This document shows, piece after piece, positions 48,101-57,829 of a stretch of 64,000 bases of DNA. Every line of letters begins with the position of its first letter. The first letter of the stretch is position 1. The position numbers and the translations under genes were made by a program. Source of the DNA: Nemertoderma westbladi (taxonomy: Eukaryota > Animalia > Xenacoelomorpha); NCBI GenBank assembly GCA_032718475.1, contig JAUCBJ010003973.1, positions 29,077-93,076 on the forward strand. The letters run 5' to 3'. The notes beneath the pieces were generated by a model. The model was not told where the DNA came from. It did not search any database and saw nothing but the letters and a program-made list of their open reading frames with translations.

Positions 48101-48779
48101 ATAACCCTCCGGCCTCTTCACGCTGGTACTCGATGCGTCGCCATTCTCGTCGTAGTCGATGATGAAGTCGACCGATTATTCGAATGAGAACCGTCGGTGC
48201 GTTAGCGTACTCGAGTTGTCCAATGGACCGTAAAGTCCCTATAGCGTTCTTTATTTCGTCCGCGAGTCGTAGAAGGTCGATCGGTCTCGAAATGTTGCCT
48301 CCTCTGCAGAGGTCTTCAATGATGGATTTAGCCATGGCGACATTACCGCCGTAAATCGAATACAAAAGGTCGTACGCCAACTCAAAGGCATCGGGAACTC
48401 CAATAAAGGTTTCCGCTAATCGTTTCGGCTCACCAGACAGGACTTGGAGCAAGTAGTTAAACTTCTCCGTCGAGGTGAAAGCACACTTAGCGATCTGGGA
48501 CTCTACGTAGTCTACCAGTGTGCGCCAGTGTTTCGCGTTGCCAGAGAACTTCGGCGGTTGCTGTGCCGGTAATCCGTGTCTAGCCGCGAATTTCGCAATC
48601 TCGCTAACTAAATCCAACTGTCCGCGTCCCTGTTCGGCGGCGTCGTCCAGTCGCTCCCTTCCGCGCGTTGTTCGTCGGTAGGAATTATTAACGGGATCTT
48701 CTTCTCGATGTGTCGGAGTCCGTCTAGTCTCCTGTTCTCTCCTCGGTGGTCGATGTTGTCTAGGTTGTTCCAACTCCAC
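42171..48779 (-). CDS. pol: BEL/Pao Gag core, aspartic protease, reverse transcriptase, RNase H and integrase (2202 aa)
   Basis: PPKFSGNAKHW gag motif; three Cys/His clusters including CWRCMKPGHVRKDC; AILDSAS protease; DVEAMFHQI and FYVDDGL RT; HSFSDAS RNase H; H..H/CIIC, IDCFGP, CDQGTNF, GGVWERLI integrase. Confidence 0.97.
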   Translation of the reverse strand: MELEQPRQHRPPRREQETRRTPTHREEDPVNNSYRRTTRGRERLDDAAEQGRGQLDLVSEIAKFAARHGLPAQQPPKFSGNAKHWRTLVDYVESQIAKCAFTSTEKFNYLLQVLSGEPKRLAETFIGVPDAFELAYDLLYSIYGGNVAMAKSIIEDLCRGGNISRPIDLLRLADEIKNAIGTLRSIGQLEYANAPTVLIRIIGRLHHRLRREWRRIEYQREEAGGLLKLTDVYQLISREAVIETRSNYTDHHIAAEGITVSAPNRTKPFPTNAKAVTYATPTETSKVLTPIGTTQPRQQLPADFVGCSYCERNGRNHSGHKLRGCRAFKELGIEKRRLQIRSLDSCWRCMKPGHVRKDCPSDDTCSLCGRNHDALLHTTSHTPTRRFRREHPDKAARCDALYKERAPREIRTFYTDCMDQSGSSDEDEEEDDTFYVHAGEEQPSITLLTQNQLKGFSVIPIKITGTRGSKRIYAILDSASSHSYVDEQVADVVTDLSQGKTAQYTVSSMHGKRAIPVTRVKLTLDTLLSKAEHSKEERSLLPVRILTFAATKDFSNLLGPVPEQSPEDRKYFRHLGIPECPVNYRSIAMLIGTDQFNLHQVWETRPSVITAGNPYACRTPIGWYTRAPIRSLEVSDQEDDVLSTCSLLTNTIDNSPSHSHGPIVRTALRQTCVTNADATDTDVTDLDTTIRTSDLQLLAVDQVVLTTEGQRVVAVDDSMNEDFGRLASLPKNPKVIDPTHQASTPVVDLGRLASLLTDQKVVKPPHDNSTPTSDTGRLASLPDTLTLATAADEDVDEDHGAVQAALDRLLTERTIQWLEQDSAEPGSYETAMSEQEKRSLNIMRDTIRQTANGHYEVGMLWCNGQPKLVNNYPLALRRLKSIRQRLLRDETAHMQYNAQLQTYLQKGYAIRMLNPEVTTDQTYYLPHHFVRHPDKPGKVRVVNDCAALYQGMSMNSELMDGPNMNNYLMGVLMRFRQRKVAFTCDVEAMFHQIKALERDRDSLRFLWYPDGNLQLPPETYQMQVRVFGARDSPNCTMYALKQTALDRRDQFDPEVVRTVERDFYVDDGLKSCDTLERATTVAHQLQDCLAEGGFHLTKFASNEPELLNSFDPTDRSGGDLDLDLEPQPTTKVLGLSWDPNTDNFRVRVRSNDQTRPLTKRTCLSTMSRLYDPLCFISPVILHARIILRSIWQAGLEWDDPIPEKLAERWRDWEAQLTFLQDYTIPRVYFPLQTTFPADLELHSFSDASKDGLGVTLYLRRQVTSDSYDVSLVTSRARTMPLKYMTVPRGELQAGTISTDIVSLVQRELEANLKVTYWTDATLVLWYINNEAFEFKTFVANRRAEILDRSLKQDWRHCPGKLNPADIASRGMQPLDFCKPDNKSFWFRGPDFLQRPSDEWPPLFDATTNTIPEGAEIKLDKVVKSKAKANAKVKRKKGRTKSDDLDARPDITPDVSPDTRPDACMNPSPDVPREISPDVSPDCSPDYSPDYSPEETPDCSPDSSPDCLMELSTECLPDVSPDCSPDISTDCPPDFEPDFLTEVTLDRLWDRRPDISPDVPRYVSPDVSPDCSPDASPDCLLDTPLEDPLERTFRDVPNLTSLDDRDVATGITLRSKKVLDLPTGKRVTKVRKLTGSQEHTDTVELKPLLPVDTLGADGKGKTVEIDVLGDSDKPTGRPVGLPSPDKYPHYDYTLPDDVTNTYVDRIVNLTRSWTDACRKLAWLKRLRQYARGKRDFPRRLTLKEIGHCEVDIIRHYQLRYFAREFTAIKQGKQIKSSPILSWSPIIYRGLLCHKSRLQNIDFALDFRYPIIIPQHHELQRAMILDAHVQLKHVGRHHCLSHLRSRFVLIRPSKALSSVTRNCIICKKVHARIGHQEMSELPLARLQAFRPPFTETGIDCFGPIIAKRGRVQVKRWGLIFTCMASRAVHIERVTDLSTNAFILALRRFIARRGLVKSIYCDQGTNFVGARNEITRALRKLDQNQISEELRPHRIVWFFNTPDSPWRGGVWERLIGSIKTAMAKVVPTQHILTDDQLTTLLIEIEAILNTRPIALIPDNNDVQFALTPAHLLMQAPTTLLPISVPVDSDGYGNKAWKITQLLANKFWEIWQKYYLPSISTRTSWYLNTRCLKRGDHVLLAEANLRRRFWLTGVILTTHPTSGIVRTVTVRTIDGRTVDRPVQRLVLLEETRNETGDYKSPPNISK
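44035..44450 (-). repeat. In-frame 12-bp-unit repeat in pol encoding (x)SPD units
   Basis: PDVSPDCSPDYSPD... lies between the RNase H and integrase motifs. Confidence 0.9.
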
Positions 48780-48815
48780 GCTGGTCCGTGATCGATCCGA
48801 CGGTTGCGCTTCGAG

Positions 48816-51014
48816 TCATTCTTCGAGTTGAGCTATTCTGTCCGTCATCTCGGTGAACTGTTTAGCGCTGATCGTTTCCGCTGGTTTCAACGTGGGTTTC
48901 TGTTGGGGTGTTTCTCGTGGAGGATTGTCGATATAGGGATTCGTCGACCTCTCCTCTCGTTTGTAATCTTCCGCCGCTCCAGTACGGAATATTTCCCGTT
49001 CCGTCGACTCCGAGTCACTAGATGAGTCGCTATCGTCCGGATAAGGTGGTTGGCGGGTTCGTGTCCGGCGTATTATCCTTGGTCGAGTTCGTTGTGATCT
49101 GGGATCTACGGCTCTCCGTTGTTCGGCAGGCTCGCAAGCCTTCCACGAAGTCGTAGGTCTCGTTAAACATTGGGTGAGAGGTCTAGTAAAAACATCGGAG
49201 TTAAGCTCTATTGTAGGTTTATAAATGACTGGGTTCGCGCAGCACGTCACAGGTTTAACTTGTAATGGTTTACTCACCTGTTTTACTGTCATAAACGCAG
49301 GTTCGTCTCTCTCTACAAGTAAACTACGGCTTACAGTAGGTGGACTACTTATCTTACCTGCTAAAATTGGCGATGAAGTCGCCCTAGGTTGCGGTATTTC
49401 CGTCATAACAAACCTGTTGCCTTGCGTCGAATGCACAGGCGTTATTTCCTTAGGTTTCGTAACAAAGACCGGTTTTATCGGAGTCGTGGGTTTGAGCATA
49501 GGAATAACTTGGGGAAAACGTTTACAGTAATCCTCGATGAACTCCTCTCCTCGATCTATCGCTCCCACGCTTCCTTCCTCGATCCGCTTCTGTATTCCGC
49601 GATATCGAGCTTCCATACGATCCAGGGCAGACAAGTCGTGTCCAGTTCGCGATCTTATAGATCTATCTCTCGCGTCGAGTTCGAGGTCCGCTTGCGCGAT
49701 CGCTGTCTCGCGCGATCTACGATTCAATTCGAACTGTAGTTGCATCTCTCTTTCGCGTCGATCTGCATCCTGTTGTTGTGCCGCTAACTCCGCTTCCTGT
49801 ATAGCTAAACGAGCGTTTATTTGTCGCGCCTCCAACTTGGCACGAGCGTCGGATGCTGCTTTCTTCCGTGCTAACTCAGCTGCGTTTACCGCCGCAACTC
49901 GTGCTAGCTCGTCAGCCGCTGCCTGTCGTGCTAGCTCGTCAGCTGCTGCCGCCTGTCGTGCTAACTCGTCGGCTGCTGCCGCCGCGGCCGCTTCTCGCGC
50001 TAAGTCCTCCTCCAGTCTCCGCATCTCTGATGCTTCGAACTCAGCCTGCGCTTGAAGTTTCGCAAGTTTCGCTACGTCCTCTCTGCGCTGTTTTTCTCCT
50101 TCGATGGCGATCTGTGCCATCTGTAGTTGCGCTTCTTCCTCGGCGACTTGTTGTCGGCGTGCGACCTCCTGTTGTTGTCGAATAATTACAGACGCTGTTC
50201 TACTAACGTCGCCAACGTCGCCAACGTCGCTCCGTACGCTAACGAACGATCTATCCAGTGGTGGATGTTGGTAGGCTCGCGAGCCTTCCGTAGTGAGAAC
50301 TTCCGTCGTCCCTCGCGGTTCGACTTCCAGTTCGTCGATCGGTACGCCGCATCTACGAAGAAAATTGGTCAGCGTTTCCAACCTTCCGTCCAGGCAGTAG
50401 AGTTCTTCTTCCTCTTCGGGTTGTAACAACGCGTCCGAAACTGACTCACCTAGCAGTTGGTCGAACTGCTCCTGTTGAGCCAATCTTATCACAGACTTAA
50501 ACTGGATAAGGCTTTCTCTCGCACTTACCAATTTATCTACTATCTTTACCTGAGTAAAGTTGTCGCCACGCAACTCTGCAAGTTCGTGCAAACCTTTAAG
50601 TTTATCTACGGAGGCATGTACCCTACTTTCTATCCTTACCTGTAAGGTGTAGAACTCGTATCTCGACATCGGGGCGGTTAACTCGCGTAAAACGCGAAAA
50701 CCTTCTCCGAGGTTCCGAGTAATCTGGACCATGTGTCCTCCTATACTTCTAATAACGTTCTCCTGGCTTCCAGTCGAACTTACCATGTCCGGTTCCCGCG
50801 ATCTAGTCTGCGGGACGGTAAGGAAATCTTCGATTCTGCCGTCGCCACGCATTGCGATTTCCGGTATTTCCGTTCGGGGTACCGGCGACGCAAGCGGTGT
50901 GACATCGGTGGAATCTCGGGTTCTCCTTCTCGGTTCGTCTACTGTCGATCTGTCCGGGTCGCACGAGTCATAGTCGGTAGGTGGGTATCTCGTCGAATGG
51001 GGTGTGTCACTCAT
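48816..51014 (-). CDS. gag: N-terminal part of the BEL/Pao Gag-Pol polyprotein (732 aa, long Ala/Glu/Arg coiled-coil-like region)
   Basis: First long ATG ORF after the 5' LTR; in the same frame as 42171-48779 and separated from it by a single TGA. Confidence 0.75.
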   Translation of the reverse strand: MSDTPHSTRYPPTDYDSCDPDRSTVDEPRRRTRDSTDVTPLASPVPRTEIPEIAMRGDGRIEDFLTVPQTRSREPDMVSSTGSQENVIRSIGGHMVQITRNLGEGFRVLRELTAPMSRYEFYTLQVRIESRVHASVDKLKGLHELAELRGDNFTQVKIVDKLVSARESLIQFKSVIRLAQQEQFDQLLGESVSDALLQPEEEEELYCLDGRLETLTNFLRRCGVPIDELEVEPRGTTEVLTTEGSRAYQHPPLDRSFVSVRSDVGDVGDVSRTASVIIRQQQEVARRQQVAEEEAQLQMAQIAIEGEKQRREDVAKLAKLQAQAEFEASEMRRLEEDLAREAAAAAAADELARQAAAADELARQAAADELARVAAVNAAELARKKAASDARAKLEARQINARLAIQEAELAAQQQDADRREREMQLQFELNRRSRETAIAQADLELDARDRSIRSRTGHDLSALDRMEARYRGIQKRIEEGSVGAIDRGEEFIEDYCKRFPQVIPMLKPTTPIKPVFVTKPKEITPVHSTQGNRFVMTEIPQPRATSSPILAGKISSPPTVSRSLLVERDEPAFMTVKQVSKPLQVKPVTCCANPVIYKPTIELNSDVFTRPLTQCLTRPTTSWKACEPAEQRRAVDPRSQRTRPRIIRRTRTRQPPYPDDSDSSSDSESTEREIFRTGAAEDYKREERSTNPYIDNPPRETPQQKPTLKPAETISAKQFTEMTDRIAQLEE

Positions 51015-51935
51015 GTCTTATTATATACGTCAAGTACGGGTAATAAAATGTCAAGTGTCTGAATGTTGAAGTGTCAAACTTACCTAACCGGTACAAATAA
51101 ATCAACAAGTCAGAATGTCGAAATGTCAAAATGTCGAAATGTACAAATGTCAAACTTACCTTGATATATATATATATATCATATATATACCCTAACCGGT
51201 ACAAATAAACTAACAAAGTATATAATAAAATAAGTAGTAATCTAGCCTACCGGCTAAATTTGTACGAATAAGTGAGATAACGGTATACGTTAACAAAATG
51301 TAGATCAACAAGTATAAACAATAGGCCAAACAGCAACGTCTAACGGGAAAATAAGTACCAACAACACTACTAATAGACAGTGAAACCCACAAATTTTGAG
51401 TACTACTGTGCTTTCTTAAGTTTGAACGACGCGAGTCGTAAAACTTACGTTCCTTTGATCTTCCAGTCGTACAAATTCCCAAATACAAACCGGACGTGGG
51501 TCTTTCCGTTTTTCGGCGGCGCGGACGAATTTATTGTCTCCCAAACTTTGCGAAAAGCGGTCTAATCCTCGAAGCGGTCCAGAAATGAGTCCTTGAGTCC
51601 TGAAAAGGTCGAAGGTGAGAGTTTTACTTCTACGCTTACGAAAAATCTTCCTAGGTACCGATACAAATTGGTCTTTAAACCCTATGTACCTTTTCAAGTA
51701 CCGAAAAGTAACACCGCACACACACGGCGTAAAACAAAGTGCTACAAACTAACTGTTAGCTAGTCAAATATTAAATACGAAAGTACTAGCTACCCTAAAA
51801 GCCTACTGAAGCAGGGGACGTTCTAAATTACTAAATTTACTAACCTTAATTTTTAAATATCTCCTACTTTCAATAGCTAACAAATCTAGGCCATACTATA
51901 CACTAATTTCAGAATTTGTATAATATACTTCCTAC

Positions 51936-54228
51936 TGTAAGGGTCCAGTAGTATACCGCTTACCAGATCCTAGTAACGATGTATCTTACTATGAGACTCT
52001 AGTAATGTATACGGGCTTGTACAGTATCTGACAACAAATCCCAGTCCAGGATATCTAAACAAACAGATACAATACACAAACGACTACTGGCGAGGAACAG
52101 AGCCTTGTATCTATTCAATGTACGTGAGCGGGTCTAATGCCTACGTACTAGACAGAAGGATACCTGTCCTCTAACCGGTGAGGCAGATGTACAGTTACAG
52201 TAACAGACCAAACTCACGGGAAAACAATCCCCGCGCAGCGAATCCTAACTATCACTGACAGTCCTAAATACAGTAACTTGCCGCGGTGTGATTTATATGG
52301 TTTATATACGAGCTAGTGGGTTAACAGACCTAGCGTAACAACACTGACAGTCCTAAATCAGTCGAAAAGGGGTCGTACCTAAATGTAACAATAACTGATC
52401 CCCCTGTACGAAATCAGTCTAAAGGGTCAAGCCTAAATGTAACAATACCGTTGTCCAGACAAACAACAGTTTAATAACGAAAATGAAATACTCCTTATTT
52501 TGCCGCAACTAAATCAGATCCTAATTTTACAAATACAGATAATTTCCACCTAAAGTAATGTATAGTACGCTATAGCTAGTAGAACTTTAAGGGCAATATG
52601 TTTTAGGGCGTGTGTGTGTGGGTGTGTTACAAATAAAACAATTTCGTGTAATTCCTTTTACTAGGTTTTAGTGATTTTCTGACTAAATGATACCGTGCGC
52701 TAGCTACTAAAATAAACTAGTCGCGTTTTGTAGAACTTTATACTCACGAATGACGTCAAAGCTCTCTCCTTCCTATCCACAACCCAATGGGCAACCACAG
52801 TGTTAGTAACTACACCCGTGATCGGCACTAATACCAGATTCTGGTTGTAAGATAAGAATAGGGGTTAATCGCTACCGTACGTTAGCTGATCTGGTATACT
52901 AATTTAATTCTAGAACTTTGTTGCTGCGGTAGTTAGCAGCAATACCTATCAGTACGTGGCAAGGCGCGGTAGGATATTAATAAACCTCCCTAGGCCAAGC
53001 AGTGTGCCGGTAGCAGAAATGCTCCTTGCCTGATCAAATAGCTAACTCCAGACAGGGGGGGGGGGGGGGGTACTAATGTACGTTCTACAAAGCGAACCGG
53101 TACCAAACAGTCAGTGCTACGACTCACTAAATTATGGAACATATGCTGTCCGTACCTAATATGTACTCGCGTACTGACGAATGGCAATAGTTCGCACCTG
53201 TAGGAAGTACAGGTTAACCCAGGGGTTCGTAGGACTTGACAAAGGGGGGGGGGGGGTGTCTGGATATAATTATTTGATCCTAAATTTGCGGCGTCCAGTA
53301 CGGCGTCACGCTTACCCTGATCTATAGGTCTTACGGCGGGCAAGGGCGTCGAACAAAGTCTTACCTTCTCACAAAGCGGGCGCTGCATAGCAAGTGGAGT
53401 ATTTCGAAGGGGCAAAGGGGGTGCGCGGTCAATCCAATGTGGGCGCTAGCGTGTTGTGGACATCTCTTCCCTGCGTTGCTTACGGCCTAACGGTCTAGGC
53501 TGCCATCTCCCTGATGTTCGGCTGTCCCGAAGTTGGACCAAAAGAAAACATGTCAGGAATTTGCAGTATATTTACAGTTTTACAAAAGGGTTTATCAAAT
53601 AAAGTTTCAACAAGAAACCGAAATAACTAAATTTACAAGAATAAACGATCTAAGAAGGGGGTAAGGTATGTATGACGTGATAAGAGAGAAGATAATAACG
53701 TGATAACCGAAGGCAAACCGGCCTTTTATACTAGAAATTGCACATGGAAACTAAACAGAATTTTCCACAGCTTCACCATTGAGCAATGAAGTGCTTCGTG
53801 CTCTATGATTGGCCCAGCTCATCGTTCAACGCAGTCCGGCCCTTACACTAATCTGGGACATGGAATCCTAACAGAATTTTCCACTGCCTCACATTTGAGC
53901 AATAAGATAATTTATGCCCTATGATTGGCCTGGCTCATCATTCGCTACGCTGTACGCTTCTCATTGGCCTACCAATTAGCACCACACGAAAATAAATGGC
54001 CCCAAAATACAAATTTCCCGACTGGGATTCGAACTTGTAACCTATGTAATGTAACCAACGCCTTAACCATCTGACCACTACGCCACGAGAGTACCTAAGG
54101 GTTTTATGTGTACAAATATGAATAGGCATATTACATTACTGTAACTCAATCAAAATACGTCGGATTTTCGAAAGTTTTTACGTTAAAGTTAAACTACAAA
54201 TGCTACCTTATAGTGAAATAATTCATCA
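51936..54228 (-). repeat. 5' LTR of the BEL/Pao element (2293 bp)
   Basis: Direct repeat of 23103-25400; reads TGATGAAT...CCCTTACA on the minus strand. Confidence 0.97.
53720..53970 (-). promoter_or_regulatory. Putative LTR Pol II promoter (CCAAT boxes plus TATAAAA)
   Basis: Minus-strand TATAAAA at 53724-53730 with three upstream GGCCAAT motifs (about 53810, 53927, 53965), two within a short internal duplication. Confidence 0.55.
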
Positions 54229-55140
54229 AAGCATATTATGGTTTAATGGTTATACTAAATTCTTAAAGGGTGATGTATTTTGAGTAATTTTATCAATTCC
54301 GAAAAGTGCTGATATGGTATGGGTGCCAGGAACTCCTCATATCTCGAAAACTACTGGAACTATTAAATTTTGATTTGTCTCATACAAGGACATACTTTTA
54401 GTTAGGGTCAAGTACTTTCAACGCGATAGACCTATTGTTTCTGGGGTTCTATCTAGGAGAAATAACTGGCCCACTAAATTTAGGGGCTTTGCAGCAGCTT
54501 GGCGGGTGGGTCGTATCTATACACTAGTAGGTCATGATTACATATTTCATTTTATTTGTCGTATTTTATGTACATTTTAATAATTCTCGTTGTACAGTAC
54601 AGTGTACGTCAAGTCGTTAGACATGATTATTACTGTAAAAAAAAAGCTACTGACTGCACTGGGTACTGGCTGAAATATTAACATTCTGGAAATAGTAGAT
54701 TTTGTAACGGACATTTGTGCGTGTTGTGGCATTGGGTGTGTTAGTTTGCGTGATAGTACAAATAACAGCTATTCTCAGTGTGTTTACTGTAGCGAACCGA
54801 AACCCTATTGCAGACTAATCTCAGTTGCACTATAACAGTTAATATACCCCCGATGGAAGGCCCTTGGAGAGACCGGTCTCGAGCTTTCCCTGCGCATTAG
54901 CCGCTTGTCTTCCACCCATTCTTCCACATCTGTTGGATAGGGAATAGACATAGCGGCGCTAACGCAGCCAAGAAGGGCAGCTCGGGTCCGTGTCGGGCCA
55001 GGGATAGGGGGCGGCTTACCATTGCCGGCCCTATACAAACTCAAGTTATTATCGTAAATTAGTTAACTAGTTAATTATATCGACTCATTGGTTCACTTCT
55101 GTTGAATTATTAATATATTTGCCCATTATTGATAACAATT

Positions 55141-56893
55141 ATGGATACTCCTAATGACGATTCAATAGATAATCTCGATACACAGTGACAACGACTCGTC
55201 GAGGAATATAACCGGAGTATGAGAATCATTTATGGATTTCCATTGCCTCGTCCACTGGTACTTGGATGTAGCCTTCATTGAAGATGATTTAAAATATTAT
55301 ATTGAACCAAATGGAAATATATGTGAAATGTCTAGTTATGAATCTATAAGAATAACGCGTTGAGAACCCGGTTCATTGGATACGTTATGGAAACCAGTAG
55401 AACTGACCACCAAAGTGGTAATGCTGAATGGTTACATACAGTCCATGCTATTCACAGTTTTGGTGTTATGATCTATGATAACGAAGGCTCAGTGCCGGAT
55501 CATGAGCTCGGTTCTACTCAGTTGATTCATATCCGCTGCCTCACTGCGGAGCCATGCACATTTTCACGCATACTTGTCGTGGCACCAACAGTGTTTTCCC
55601 AGCCTTGACAGCCTATCAACGCCGTGCGAAACATCAACAGTTTGTCAAAGCGGAGGCTTATGTCAACGACACAAACCGATACCCAGCCATGGGAATAGAT
55701 GCAGCATTATTGCCACAACCCATACTGGACATTCTCCTGGACGAATCAGTTTATAAACTCGGTTCAGCCATATATCAGGAATTGACTGACGATTTTCCTA
55801 TAGTCAATGACATACCATATCCCTTTCCTTTGTTGACACCAAACTCATTCTTCCTTGGGCGCAATCCTGGGTCTTTTTCCGGGTTACGTACCAACGCAAC
55901 ACCAACGATACGTATAGCAGAGTTGACCGTACGTCCTCTGGCCACATTGAGTTTCAAGGCTGGAACTTTAAAGAAACCGATCACGAAATGTATTCCCAAG
56001 TTTATGGTGATTCATATTCGCCTTATTACTTTTAATGACCACTCACCAACCCTGGCGCTGTATACAGCTTTATGAGCATTCCCCTGCACCCCTCGCTAGC
56101 GATATACCACATATTTGAGAACCAAGCATTATCAGGATGGCTTGCAGATGTTTATAGCCGCATGTTGAGAGCGCACCCGTTGTTGTTGGGAACACAACTC
56201 GCCAAACTCGACGAACTCGGTAAATTCCTGAACTTTAAATGCTCTCGGTGTTTCCTAACCCCCCCTCGCCAACATTGACAGTCAATTCCACGTGAAATCA
56301 CTGTCTCAGCAAGAGCTACGCTGCTCCGCAGCGGAGGAGATGGCCAGCGGCGGCTTTCGCTATATTCTGAGATGTATGTCTTTCCAATCTCCACCAATCT
56401 GTGATTGAGAGACCCATTATTAAACCTGGTTTCTCGGTTGGACAAATACAAACCGACATTATGGACGCCCCCGACCAAGCGGAGGAACCAATCCAACTAG
56501 AAGTGACCTCAGTAGCCGCCCCTGTCATGCTCACTCCCGACAATGAGTCCGCCTTGATTGATTGGTATCACGGGACAGAGCGGCTCACGGTTCGAGGTTT
56601 CCACTATGCGTTATTCTGCAAACACGTCCATTGCGCACATTGCAGTCTTCACACACACAAAGCTCCCACCCAACCTGGAGTTCTTAGTGAGCACCTCACC
56701 GCTAATCGTATCGAACTTTATTGTCCCTACTGCCGTGTTAATGATGACCATATCTTCTTCTCCTGTTTGGTCTTTGCCACACAGTGCGAGCGTTGCCAAC
56801 TCAAGGGACATAGTAGTCCAAGCTGCCCCTTTGGCTCTGACATCGAGATAGAAGATGAAACAAATGTTACCAGGTATATTAGATAATGGGAAG
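55141..56893 (+). pseudogene. Third, divergent and decayed exonuclease-zinc-knuckle ORF3, truncated by copy C
   Basis: Fragments GVMIYDNEGS, LLPQPILDILLDESVYKLGSAIYQEL, GWNFKETDHEMYSQVYG, CAHCSLHTH, CPYCRVNDDHIFFSC, CERCQLKGHSSPSC are colinear with the other two ORF3s; multiple frameshifts; start approximate. Confidence 0.75.
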
Positions 56894-57829
56894 TGTGACG
56901 GGATCAGGGATCCCGAATGGGTAATTGTAATACGCATCACAGTTCTGCTTGGGGATGGTGCTAACAGCTTTGGCCGAGGCCGTTGGGGAAAAACAATAGA
57001 GTTACTGTTGTCTCTCGATGTTAGAAAAATGTCCGATGATAGCACACTGAATAACAGCAGAAATGCAGATAAACTGGTTACAAGTATGATAGTGCCGATG
57101 ACGGTCAATAATTCCGCTGGAACCCGATCTAATATCGGGTGTGGGGTGGAGTTCTTTTCTCGGGGTTGGCTTTCCAGGCCGCCCCCCTGGGTATGATATT
57201 GCTACCCCTCCTTGGTGCAATCGCGAGCTATGTAGCACCAAGGTATCTGGCGTCTCTGTTCGAGACAATTGTGGACTCTCTTCACATAATTTTCAAAAAT
57301 ACCTCACTCCAATGTCCCTCTAATCTCACTCTCGGACCCCTCTGTCCCTTACTCTCTCTCTCTCACGGACCTCGTTGTCCCTCACTCTCCCTTGCTGCTC
57401 GCTCCCCACACTTGAATTGCACTTCTCTCACTCCCTCGTGCGCCAACACCTCCTCTCCATGCTTCCCTCGTACTCCTCTCATTCTCCTCTCGGAACTTAC
57501 CCCAGTCCATCGGCTTGTGGCAGACAAGCCTCATGAGCTGGCGCATCGCCACTGCTTCACAATGTCCTGTGCCCGCTCCGTGCTCCCCCCGGAACCTGCC
57601 CCAGTCCATCGGCTTGTGGCAGACAAGGCCCATGAGCTGGCCCATCCCCACTGCTTCACAATGTCCTGTGTTCTCTACCACTTCCAAAGTGCCAATTTTC
57701 CTTAGTCTGACCCCTGTCTGTGCTATCATCCTATCTACCTTGCTACTTACTTCTTACCCTTAAGAACTTCTTACCACTAAGTGCCCTACTATTACTATGC
57801 TATTTTTTATTGCTATTTTGCTTTACTTT

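Larger units (their letters stand above)
23103..54228 (-). mobile_element. Full-length BEL/Pao LTR retrotransposon (about 19.5 kb without the nested insert) with extra ORF3
   Basis: Near-identical TG...CA LTRs, 5-bp TSD AAGCA (23098-23102, 54229-54233), domain order Gag-PR-RT-RH-IN with Pao-type motifs, purine-rich GGAGCGG before the 3' LTR. Confidence 0.97.
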
